From positions 20 through 64,019 of the forward strand of contig SHYY01000010.1 of assembly GCA_009692555.1 (NCBI GenBank): a stretch of DNA of 64,000 nucleotides. The letters run 5' to 3'. The first letter of the stretch is position 1. Each line of letters opens with the position of its first letter. A model generated the notes under the pieces. It ran no database searches and was not told the DNA's origin. It worked only from the letters and a program-made list of their open reading frames with translations. The stretch is from Myxococcales bacterium (lineage in GTDB: Bacteria; Myxococcota_A; Polyangia; Palsa-1104; SHYY01). Shown here one piece after another: positions 29,490-38,026 of this stretch. The translations under genes and the position numbers were made by a program.

Positions 29490-29969
29490 CTAGAACTTCG
29501 ACGTCACCGAGAGGAACGTCATCTTGTCGTTGCTCTCGCGAAGGCGCGCCGAGAGCGTGCGGACGAAGTTCCAGAGCAGCTCGTAGGCGAGGTCGCGGTC
29601 GACGAAGAGCAGGTCCTCGAGGTCTTCCTTCCGGAGCACGTACAGGCGGCATTTCTCGTGCACCAGCGCGTGCGCCGAGCGCGGCACCTCGTCGATCAGC
29701 GACATCTCCCCGAAGTAGGCGCCCGAGCGCAGGACCGCCAGCGCCTCCTCGCCCATCCCCGGCACCAGCTTCGAGATCCGCACCGCCCCGTCGGCGATCA
29801 TGTAGAACTTGTCGCCCTTGTCCCCCTCGGCGAAGATCGTCGTCCCGCCGATGTGCTGCTCGTCCTGCACCAGATCGGCGATGCGCCGCAGGTAGGCCGG
29901 CGAGAGCCCCTCGAAGAACTTGATCTTGCCGAGCATGTCGACGGCGGACGAAGTGTCGATCGCAGGCAT
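29490..29969 (-). CDS. cyclic-nucleotide-binding domain protein
   Basis: 159 aa. FFEGL...GDKGDKFYMIADGAVRI...GAYFGEMSLI is a cNMP-binding beta-barrel signature. Confidence 0.8.
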   Translation of the reverse strand: MPAIDTSSAVDMLGKIKFFEGLSPAYLRRIADLVQDEQHIGGTTIFAEGDKGDKFYMIADGAVRISKLVPGMGEEALAVLRSGAYFGEMSLIDEVPRSAHALVHEKCRLYVLRKEDLEDLLFVDRDLAYELLWNFVRTLSARLRESNDKMTFLSVTSKF

Positions 29970-30183
29970 GGGCGGGAGATTACTACAGGCGTGCGCTAGT
30001 GTCCCGACACCGAAGTTCGTTGCGTTGGTAGGCCGCGCACGGCCGCGGCCCGGCGGCTCGTGCCGCCGTGAGCAGGGGTGGGGACCCAGGCGGCTCTGCC
30101 GACGGGGCGGGGCGGCACGCCCCGTGGGATCATGGCTAGTGTTCTGGCCGGGAAATTCTGCAAAGAATTTCTCGGACAGGACA

Positions 30184-31179
30184 CTAGTGTGCGAGGAAGC
30201 GCTCCGCGTCGATCGCCGCCTGGCAGCCGGTGCCTGCGGCGGTGACCGCCTGGCGGTAGATGTGGTCGGCGACGTCGCCGGCGGCGAAGACCCCGGGAAC
30301 GCTGGTGGCCGTGGCGACCGACTGGCCGGCGCCCGGCCCTACGACGATGTAGCCGTTCTCGTCGAGCTGGAGCTGGCCCTGGAAGACGCCGGTGTTGGGC
30401 TCGTGGCCGATGCCGAGGAAGAACCCCTTCACCACCACCTCGCGCTGCTCGCCGGTGGTGGCGTGGCGCATGCGGACGCCGCGGACGTTCCGGTCGGCAT
30501 CGGGGAGGATCTCCTCGACGACGTAGGGCAGGGCGAACTCGATGTTCGCGGTGCTGCGCGCGCGGTCAAGCATGATCTTCGACGATCGGAACTCGGCACG
30601 CCGGTGGATGAGGGTCACCTTGCGGACCATCTTCGCGAGGTAGGTCGCCTCCTCCATCGCCGTGTCGCCGCCGCCGATCACCACCACGTCCTCCCCGCGG
30701 TAGAACATCCCGTCGCAGGTCGCGCACGAGGTGACGCCGCGCCCCCACATCCCCTCGGGGGGCTCGCGCTCACCGACGAGGCCGAGCTTCTTCGGCTTGG
30801 CGCCGGTGGCGACGATCAGCGCGTCGCAGGTGATCCGGAAGCGCAAGGCCCCCTCGCCGTCGATGGTGAAGGGGCGGCGCGAGAGGTCGACAGTGGTGAC
30901 GTCACCGATGATGAACTCGCTGCCGAAGCGCTCGGCCTGGGCGCGCATGTGGCCCATCAGCTCGGGGCCGAGGATCCCCTTCGGGAAGCCCGGGTAGTTC
31001 TCGACCTCGCTGGTGAGCGCGAGCTGGCCGCCCGGGGGCCCGCCGGAGGCCATGCCCTCGATGACGATCGGCGGCATCGCGGCGCGCGCGGCGTAGATCG
31101 CGGCGGTGAGCCCGGCGCAGCCCGAGCCGATCACGGCGACCTTGGTGTGGCGAGAAGTGGGTGCGGGTTCTGCGGACAT
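30184..31179 (-). CDS. trxB: thioredoxin-disulfide reductase
   Basis: 331 aa. VAVIGSGCAGLTAAIYAARA, the redox-active CATCDG motif, GGGDTAMEEA and FAAGDV. Confidence 0.93.
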   Translation of the reverse strand: MSAEPAPTSRHTKVAVIGSGCAGLTAAIYAARAAMPPIVIEGMASGGPPGGQLALTSEVENYPGFPKGILGPELMGHMRAQAERFGSEFIIGDVTTVDLSRRPFTIDGEGALRFRITCDALIVATGAKPKKLGLVGEREPPEGMWGRGVTSCATCDGMFYRGEDVVVIGGGDTAMEEATYLAKMVRKVTLIHRRAEFRSSKIMLDRARSTANIEFALPYVVEEILPDADRNVRGVRMRHATTGEQREVVVKGFFLGIGHEPNTGVFQGQLQLDENGYIVVGPGAGQSVATATSVPGVFAAGDVADHIYRQAVTAAGTGCQAAIDAERFLAH

Positions 31180-31296
31180 CGGTCGCTCCTGGCGTCGGTG
31201 AGGGGGCGAAGTGGTGCAGCGTCGGCGCGGATTCTAGCGACTTCGATCCGGCCGCGCCATGGCGAGTACGGCCCCGCCTCTGCTAGATTGCGGGTC

Positions 31297-32022
31297 ATGG
31301 CGAGCACGTTCCGCCCGAAGCACCTGCTGCCGAACGCGATCACCGCCACCAGCGTGGTGCTGGGGTTCCTCTGCATCCTCTCCGCCGCCGACGGGCACCA
31401 CGAGCGCGGGGTGATGCTGCTCTTCTTCGCCGGGGTGTGCGATCTCCTCGACGGGCGGCTCGCCCGCTGGCTGGACGCCGGGACCGCCTTCGGGGGCGAG
31501 CTCGACACCCTCTCGGACGCGGTCTCCTTCGGCGTCGCGCCGGTGGTGCTGGTCTACTTCGCCGACCTCCGCCCGCTCGGCCTCGCCGGGATCCTGGGCT
31601 GCATCGTCTACCTGCTGGCGGGGGTGTTCCGGCTGGCGCGCTTCAACCTCGACAAGATCAAGCGGCCGACCTTCTTCGGCCTGCCGATCCCCCTCGGAGC
31701 GGCCTACATGGTCACCTTCGTGATGCTGCGCGATCAGGTGTCGCCGTGGTGGATTCTGGGGGGCGTGCTGGCGACCGCGGCGGCGATGATCTCGACGGTG
31801 AAGGTGCCGAACTTCAAGGACCGCGAGCGGACGCTGCCGTGGCCGCTGATCCCGCTCATGTTCCTTTTTTTCGGGGTCTTCCTGTGGCGGCCGAACGCCT
31901 GGACATGGCACGCCTGGGACGCGCTGAACTGGATCCTGGTCGCCGCGAACTACCGGATGCTGTCGCGTCGAGCCAGGCTGCTCCCCGTCGCTGATGGCGG
32001 CACCGAGGAGCGCGCGGCCTAG
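31297..32022 (+). CDS. pssA: CDP-diacylglycerol--serine O-phosphatidyltransferase
   Basis: 241 aa from ATG 31297. LPNAITATSVVLGF...CDLLDGRLAR...GGELDTLSDAVSFGVAP is the CDP-alcohol phosphatidyltransferase motif. Confidence 0.85.
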   Translation: MASTFRPKHLLPNAITATSVVLGFLCILSAADGHHERGVMLLFFAGVCDLLDGRLARWLDAGTAFGGELDTLSDAVSFGVAPVVLVYFADLRPLGLAGILGCIVYLLAGVFRLARFNLDKIKRPTFFGLPIPLGAAYMVTFVMLRDQVSPWWILGGVLATAAAMISTVKVPNFKDRERTLPWPLIPLMFLFFGVFLWRPNAWTWHAWDALNWILVAANYRMLSRRARLLPVADGGTEERAA

Positions 32023-32023
32023 C

Positions 32024-32647
32024 TCAAACCATGCCGTAGCCGAAGGCGTTGGCGGCGTGGTTGAGCGGGCGGGTGAGCTGCGGGTCATCGAGCGGCTTGT
32101 GGAACTCGGGCTGCGGGGGCAGCGCCGTGGCACCGCGTTCGTAGAGCGCCACCGCGGGGCGATTGCCGTCCATCGAGGCGCAGTAGAGCAGCCCTTCCGC
32201 CTCGGGAAAGGCCGCGTAGAGGTGTTGCGACCAGCGGCGCGCGCGTGCCCGGAGGCCGCTGTGGATGGCGGTCGAGGCGCCGGCGCGGGTCGGCCAGGCG
32301 CCGGTGAGATCGAGCAGGCGGAGCGGGCGCGCGACGCGGAAGGAGCAGAGCCAGGGGGCGCCGCGACGACGGTCGACGAGGCGGGTGTCCTGGAACACCT
32401 CGGCGACGCAGGTCGGGCCGTGCAGCGCGGCGTAGAGGATCGCCCGCTCCTGCGTGCGCGCCGGCGGCAAGTGATGATCGAAGCGGCTGGCCGTCGGGCC
32501 GAATTCGCGCAGGGTGTTCCAGCGCGCCGGGAACGGGCCGCCGCGGAAGTAGATCCGCCACAGCTCGGTCTCCACGGCGAGCAGCTTCCACTCGGCACCG
32601 AGTGCGGCGAGCTCGGCAGGGGTGGGCGGCTCCGGGAACTTCGACAT
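32024..32647 (-). CDS. RES-domain toxin
   Basis: 207 aa. Spaced R/E/S motif residues (SRFDHH ... CVAEVF ... YCASMDG). Lies directly downstream of an Xre/DUF2384-type gene. Confidence 0.8.
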   Translation of the reverse strand: MSKFPEPPTPAELAALGAEWKLLAVETELWRIYFRGGPFPARWNTLREFGPTASRFDHHLPPARTQERAILYAALHGPTCVAEVFQDTRLVDRRRGAPWLCSFRVARPLRLLDLTGAWPTRAGASTAIHSGLRARARRWSQHLYAAFPEAEGLLYCASMDGNRPAVALYERGATALPPQPEFHKPLDDPQLTRPLNHAANAFGYGMV

Positions 32648-32699
32648 GTCGGTAGGAACGTCGGGCTGGCGAGGGCGGTCTTTGGGTGGACTCGCCCCC

Positions 32700-33566
32700 T
32701 CAGTGGGTGGCGAGGCTCGCGGCGAGCTCGGCGACCGTCGTGGCCGGGTAGCCGGCGCACAGCCACTGCTTCGGGCTCAGTCGGTGCCCCTCGTCGGTGG
32801 CCAGATCGGGGCTGGGGGTCTCTAACCACGAGCGCACCGCGACCGGGTGGAGCGCGCGATCGAGGCGCGGCACCACCTGCTCGAGCCCGGGCAGCGCGCC
32901 GCGGCCGGCGAACTGGAAGCGCGGGATGCGCCACTCCCCCTCCAGCTTGAGCGCATACAGCGTCGGGCGCGTGCCGCCGACCCGCTGGCGGATCCGGCTC
33001 GCCTCGACGCCGAGGAGCTTCGCGGCCTCGACCACAGTCAGGCAATCGGCCAGCAGCCCGGCGTACGCGACGGCGGTGCGGGCCAGCGGGTCGCGCTCGG
33101 CCGCCACCGGATCGAGGCTCCAGCCGCCGCGCTCGAGGGCCCGGGTCTCGACGGTGGTCAGCTCGCCGCGCGGGTCGGCGTCGGGCGGCCCGAGGTCGCG
33201 GGTCGCCTCGGCGAACGATTGTTCGATCTTCTCGACCAGCAGGTGAAGGGCGGCGCCGCGGAAGCGCTCCGGGATGCGCGATCGGGCCCCGCCGCGGCCG
33301 GGACGCCGCGGGCCGCGCAGCCTCGTCCCGACGATGCGCTGCTGGTTGGCCACCAGCACCAGCAGCTCCCCCTCGTCCATCCGCGCCACCCCTTCGGGCA
33401 GCTCGAAATCCACCTCCTCCCGCGCCGCCGCCGTCGGCGCCAGGGCCGCTTCGTACGGGGGCATGGTGTCGGCCAGAGCGGCGATGCTCGCCTGGAGACG
33501 ATCGCGCGAGCCGGAGCTGAGGACGCGCTTGCTGGACCTTTCGCGGGCTGCCACGGCGACCTCCAT
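32700..33566 (-). CDS. Xre/MbcA/ParS-type antitoxin (HTH plus DUF2384-like C-terminal domain), unusually long
   Basis: 288 aa. HTH-like LTVVEAAKLLGVEASRIRQRV. C-terminal WLETPSPDL...LSPKQWL...VAELAASL resembles the toxin-binding domain of RES antitoxins. The start is uncertain. Confidence 0.65.
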   Translation of the reverse strand: MEVAVAARERSSKRVLSSGSRDRLQASIAALADTMPPYEAALAPTAAAREEVDFELPEGVARMDEGELLVLVANQQRIVGTRLRGPRRPGRGGARSRIPERFRGAALHLLVEKIEQSFAEATRDLGPPDADPRGELTTVETRALERGGWSLDPVAAERDPLARTAVAYAGLLADCLTVVEAAKLLGVEASRIRQRVGGTRPTLYALKLEGEWRIPRFQFAGRGALPGLEQVVPRLDRALHPVAVRSWLETPSPDLATDEGHRLSPKQWLCAGYPATTVAELAASLATH

Positions 33567-33768
33567 TAACGTTTGCTAACGCTACCTGCTGAAGATAATC
33601 GCGCCCCGCCCCCGGCGCAAGAGAAAAAGCACCGCCGGGTCACGGAAGGAGCTCGAGGTCTGGTCGAGGTCACGCGGTCTTGCAGGGGCGTTGCCCGTCG
33701 TGCCACCCTCCGGCCGCGATCCGGCGGGTCCGGTTCGATTCTCTCCCCTTTTTTCGCGAGGAACCCGG

Positions 33769-36567
33769 ATGACGGCCAGAACGATGACAGCGACGGTGAC
33801 GATGGCCCTGGCGATCGGCCTCTTCCCCCTGCCCGCGCGTGCGGAGACCCCCAAAGCCGCACCACCCGCCGCCAAGGCGACCGCGCCGGCGCCCACCAAG
33901 GTGGTGACCGTCGAAGGGATCACCGAATACCGCCTCGACAACGGGCTCCGCGTCCTGCTCTTCCCCGACGCCACCAAGCCGACCGTCACCGTCAACGTCA
34001 CCTACTTCGTCGGCTCGCGGCACGAGGGCTACGGCGAGTCGGGGATGGCCCACCTCCTCGAGCACCTGCTGTTCAAGGGCACCGCCACCCGCGACAACAT
34101 CCTCGGCCTCCTCCAGGCGCGCGGCGCGATGGCCAACGGCACCACCGACTACGATCGCACCAACTACTACGAGGTGCTCCCGGCGATCCCCGGCAACCTC
34201 GAGTTCGCGCTCGAGCTGGAGGCCGACCGGATGCTCGGCAGCCGCATCGCCAAGGTCGACCTCGACAAGGAGTTCACCGTCGTGCGCAACGAGTTCGAGA
34301 TGGGCGAGAACCAGCCCGATCAGGTGCTCGAGGAGCGGATGCTCTCCACGGCGTTCCTCTGGCACAACTACGGCAAATCGCCGATCGGATCGCGGGCCGA
34401 TATCGAGCGCGTGCCGATCGAGGCGCTGAAGGCGTTCTACCAGCGCTACTACCAGCCCGACAACGCCATGCTGGTGATCGCCGGAAAGGTCGATCCCGCC
34501 GCCGCGCTGGCGCTGGTGCAGAAGAACTTCGGCGGGCTGCCTCGCCCGTCGCGCAAGCTCGTCCCCACCTACACCGTCGAGCCGGTCCAGGACGGCGAGC
34601 GCTCGGTGACCCTGCGGCGGACCGGCGACGTCGCGGTGATCGGCGTCGCCTACCACGCGCTGCCCGGCTCGCACGAGGACTTCGTCGCCGAGCGCGCGCT
34701 GGTGGACGCTCTGGTGGCGAAGCCGTCGGGGCGGCTCTACAAGGCGCTGGTCGAGAAGGGCCTCGCCGCCGAGGTGCATGGCGACGCCTACCCGCTCACC
34801 GATCCCGGGTTCATCGACCTCTTCGCCTCGGTGCGGACCGGACAGTCGGTGGAGAAGGCCCAGGCCGCGCTGGTTCGCACCATCGAGGAGCTCGGCGCCG
34901 CCACCGGTCCGGGCGCGCTCACCGACGAGGACGTCAAGCGCTTCCAGGCCAAGGCGCTGAAGGGATGGGAGCTGGCGATGACCCGCAGCGATCGGATCGG
35001 CGTCGAGCTCAGCGAGTACGCGGCGCAGGGCGACTGGCGGCTCCTGTTCGTCTACCGCGATCGCTTGAAGCAGCTCGATCTGGCGCGCATGCGCCGGGTG
35101 GCCGGGCAGTTCCTGAAGCCGACCAACCGCACGCTCGGGCAGTTCCTGCCCACCAAGAGCCCCGATCGCGCACCGCTCCCGGTGCCGGTCGACGTGGCCG
35201 CGCTGGTGAAGGGCTACGTCGGGCAGGCCGACCTGGCGCAGGGCGAGGAGTTCGCCGCCACCCTCGACAACATCGAGAAACGCACCGAGACGACTGCGCT
35301 CCCGAACGGGATGAAGCTCGCGCTCCTCTCGAAAAAAACCCGCGGCGGCTCGGTCAAGCTGGTGCTCCAGCTTCACTTCGGCAGCGAGAAGGATCTCGCG
35401 GGCAAGCTCGGGGCGGCGGGGCAGGTGCGCGCGATGCTCGTCCGCGGGACGCGCAAGCACACCTACCAGCAGATCAAGGACTCGATGGATCGCCTGAAGA
35501 TGGAGATCCAGGGCGGCGACGACGGCCCCGGATCGGGCAGCCCCGACGCAGCGGCGCTGTCGGTGACCACCGTGCGTGAGCATCTCCCCGAGGTGATCGC
35601 GCTCCTCGGCGAGCTGACCTTGGAGCCGATCTTCCCGAAGGATCAGTTCGAGATCCTGCGCAAGGAGGGGCTCGCCGGCCTCGAGAAGCAGCTCCAGAAC
35701 CCGCAGATGCGCGCCTTCATCGCGCTCCAGCGGAAGGCCAATCCCTACCCGAAGGACAACGTCCGCTACGTCCCCACCGTCGAGGAGCGGATCGATCGCC
35801 TGAAGGCGGTCAAGGCCCCCGAGATCGCCGCGTTCCACAAGGCGTTCTGGGGCGGCAACCACGCCGAGCTGGCGGTGGTCGGCGACTTCGACGCCGGAGA
35901 GGTCAAGGCGGCCGCCACCAAGGCGTTCGGCGCGTGGAAAAGCCTGAAGCCCTACCAGCGCATCGCGTCGACGTTCCAGGCCGGCCTCCCGGGCGGCGAG
36001 GAGACGATCCAGACCGACGACAAGGAGATGGCGATGATCGTCGTCGGGAACGCGCTCGACCTGAAGGACGACGACGCCGACTACCCGGCGGCGCGGATCG
36101 GCAACTACGTGCTCGGCGGGGGCTTCAAGTCACGCCTGGTCGACCGCCTGCGGCAGAAGGAGGGGCTCTCCTACGGCGCCTTCTCCGGAATCAGCGCCGA
36201 CGCCCGCGATCGCTTCGGCTTCTTCTACGCAGGCGCGATCTGCGCCCCGCAGAACGCCGACAAGGCGATGGCGGCGATGCTCGAGGAGATCGACCGCCTG
36301 CGGAAGGATGGAGTTCCGGCGCCCGAGCTGGAGGAGGCCAAGAAGGGCTACCTCCTGTCATTCGACAATCGCCTGGCGCAGGACGAGTACGTGGCGGGGC
36401 AGCTCGCGAGCAACCTCCACCTCGATCGCACCTTCGACTACCACCGCAAGACCAACGCACGGATCCGCTCCATGACCCCGCAGGAGCTCGCTCCGGTCCT
36501 CGCCAAGGTCCTCGCTCCCGGGTGCCTGGTGAAGGTCAAGGCGGGGAACCTGAAGCCGGCGAAGTGA
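33769..36567 (+). CDS. secreted M16-family (pitrilysin/insulinase) zinc peptidase, double-module
   Basis: Start at ATG 33769 (MTARTMTATVTMALAIGLFPLPARA, signal peptide), giving 932 aa. HLLEHLLFKG (HxxEH) in the first half and a second M16-like half. Confidence 0.88.
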   Translation: MTARTMTATVTMALAIGLFPLPARAETPKAAPPAAKATAPAPTKVVTVEGITEYRLDNGLRVLLFPDATKPTVTVNVTYFVGSRHEGYGESGMAHLLEHLLFKGTATRDNILGLLQARGAMANGTTDYDRTNYYEVLPAIPGNLEFALELEADRMLGSRIAKVDLDKEFTVVRNEFEMGENQPDQVLEERMLSTAFLWHNYGKSPIGSRADIERVPIEALKAFYQRYYQPDNAMLVIAGKVDPAAALALVQKNFGGLPRPSRKLVPTYTVEPVQDGERSVTLRRTGDVAVIGVAYHALPGSHEDFVAERALVDALVAKPSGRLYKALVEKGLAAEVHGDAYPLTDPGFIDLFASVRTGQSVEKAQAALVRTIEELGAATGPGALTDEDVKRFQAKALKGWELAMTRSDRIGVELSEYAAQGDWRLLFVYRDRLKQLDLARMRRVAGQFLKPTNRTLGQFLPTKSPDRAPLPVPVDVAALVKGYVGQADLAQGEEFAATLDNIEKRTETTALPNGMKLALLSKKTRGGSVKLVLQLHFGSEKDLAGKLGAAGQVRAMLVRGTRKHTYQQIKDSMDRLKMEIQGGDDGPGSGSPDAAALSVTTVREHLPEVIALLGELTLEPIFPKDQFEILRKEGLAGLEKQLQNPQMRAFIALQRKANPYPKDNVRYVPTVEERIDRLKAVKAPEIAAFHKAFWGGNHAELAVVGDFDAGEVKAAATKAFGAWKSLKPYQRIASTFQAGLPGGEETIQTDDKEMAMIVVGNALDLKDDDADYPAARIGNYVLGGGFKSRLVDRLRQKEGLSYGAFSGISADARDRFGFFYAGAICAPQNADKAMAAMLEEIDRLRKDGVPAPELEEAKKGYLLSFDNRLAQDEYVAGQLASNLHLDRTFDYHRKTNARIRSMTPQELAPVLAKVLAPGCLVKVKAGNLKPAK

Positions 36568-36568
36568 G

Positions 36569-37042
36569 CTAGCGGGTCCAGGGGCCGGAGCGACCGCCGC
36601 TCTTGGCCTCGAGCTGGACGTCGACGATCCGCATCCCTCGATCGATCGCCTTGCACATGTCGTAGACCGTCAGCGCCGCCACCGTCACCGCGGTCAGCGC
36701 CTCCATCTCCACGCCGGTGCGATCATGGGCCTGCACGGTCGCGCGGATCGCGACGCGCGAGTTCGCCTCGTCGACCGTGAACGCGACGTCGACTCCGGTG
36801 ATCCGCAGCGGGTGGCAGAGGGGGATCAGCTCGGCGGTGCGCTTCAGCCCCTGGATCGCCGCGACGCGCGCGATGCCGAGCACGTCGCCCTTGCCGATCG
36901 TGCCTGCGGCGACCCGCTGAAGCGTCTCGCGGCTCATTTCAACAGCGCCCGAGGCGATCGCCGCACGATCGCTCTCCGGCTTGCCACCGACGTCGACCAT
37001 GCGCGCCGCGCCCTGCTCGTCGAAGTGGGTGAAATCGGCCAC
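36569..37042 (-). CDS. moaC: cyclic pyranopterin monophosphate synthase
   Basis: 157 aa. HFDEQGAARMVDVGGK...GDVLGIARVAAIQGLKRTAELIPLCHPL...MEALTAVTVAALTVYDMCKA is a canonical MoaC sequence. Confidence 0.93.
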   Translation of the reverse strand: MADFTHFDEQGAARMVDVGGKPESDRAAIASGAVEMSRETLQRVAAGTIGKGDVLGIARVAAIQGLKRTAELIPLCHPLRITGVDVAFTVDEANSRVAIRATVQAHDRTGVEMEALTAVTVAALTVYDMCKAIDRGMRIVDVQLEAKSGGRSGPWTR

Positions 37043-37052
37043 AGGGTGCCCG

Positions 37053-37631
37053 CTACGAGGCCGCGCGGGCGAGCACGTAGTACTGGCCGATCGGCGTGCC
37101 GAGCCGGGTCGCCGCGCCGATCACCACGTCCTTCGAGACGCGGCGGTTGTAGTCGTGCATGTCGCGGTAGACGAAGAACGAGATGCCCGAGCGGTTCGAG
37201 CGCGGCGCTGGCCAGCCCGGCGGACCCGACGGTGGGACCCGGGTGTAGTCGAAAAGGACCTCGTTCGGGCGCTCGCTCATCACCTCGCAGGTGAAGTAGC
37301 CCGGCCCGGTGGCGAAGGAGGTCGAGCCGACGTTGATCCCCACCACCGCGCCGGCGCGCCGGACAAAGTGCTTCTCGAAGTGCGTGAAGGCGGGCAGCGA
37401 GTTCTTCCCGCAAAACCGCACCGGCTGGTCGTCGGGCGCGGCCACCGGCACGAAGTCCTCGAGGCCCAGCCGCGGCGCGGGCGCGGAGACCTCCCACAGC
37501 TTCGCCAGCTGCGACTTCGAGAGGGCGCGACACTCGACGACGCGCTGCTCGCTTGCCAGCGCATCGAGGTGCGCCTCGATTGTTGTCAGGGTGACATCGG
37601 GGGTGTCGAGGAGGTTTGCCAGCTGCGCCAT
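37053..37631 (-). CDS. hypothetical protein (co-directional with moaC)
   Basis: ATG 37631 gives 192 aa (MAQLANLLDTPDVTL...) with ordinary composition. The longer ORF extension is Arg/Pro-rich. I recognise no motif with confidence. Confidence 0.55.
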   Translation of the reverse strand: MAQLANLLDTPDVTLTTIEAHLDALASEQRVVECRALSKSQLAKLWEVSAPAPRLGLEDFVPVAAPDDQPVRFCGKNSLPAFTHFEKHFVRRAGAVVGINVGSTSFATGPGYFTCEVMSERPNEVLFDYTRVPPSGPPGWPAPRSNRSGISFFVYRDMHDYNRRVSKDVVIGAATRLGTPIGQYYVLARAAS

Positions 37632-38026
37632 GGACGGGAGCATACCCGACCTTGGACCGCCCTGCCGGATGAGCCTGATCGACCCGAGCGATGTCGAGCC
37701 TGACCTCGATGCGAGGTGGAATTTGCCAGCGGCCGGAGGTTGCCCGTACCATCCCGGCGACGATGGCGGCGTGACAGTCGACAAAGTGCCTGGAGGTCCG
37801 TCTCGCGACGGGCGGGGCGCCGCTCGACCTCCAGACCGCGACCGGGGCCTCCTGGCAGCACGCCCCCGGCCCGCCCCCCGAGGAGCTGAAGACCCCGGCG
37901 CTGTGGAGCCGGATCGACGCGCGCTGGCCGGACCGCCGGGCGATCCTGCATGAGGCCGGCGCGCACCTGGGGCGCTGGCTCTACGGGGAGCGCACCGAGG
38001 CATTCCTCGTCGAGCAGGCGCGCGCG

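Noticed and set aside
29920-31296. The 700-aa ORF 29920..32022 + as a single large protein.
   Set aside because: Only the last 241 codons (from ATG 31297) are the phosphatidyltransferase. The upstream part is antisense to trxB and Arg/Gly-rich.
33700-33756. tRNA-like T-arm motif GGTTCGATTC followed by a T-run.
   Set aside because: The flanking bases cannot form the T-stem, acceptor stem or other cloverleaf arms. It lies in the promoter region of the M16 peptidase gene.
37772-37774. The in-frame TGA near the CHAT 5' end as a selenocysteine codon.
   Set aside because: I saw no SECIS-like hairpin immediately downstream and no selenoprotein context. A mutation, an alternative start or an error is more parsimonious.
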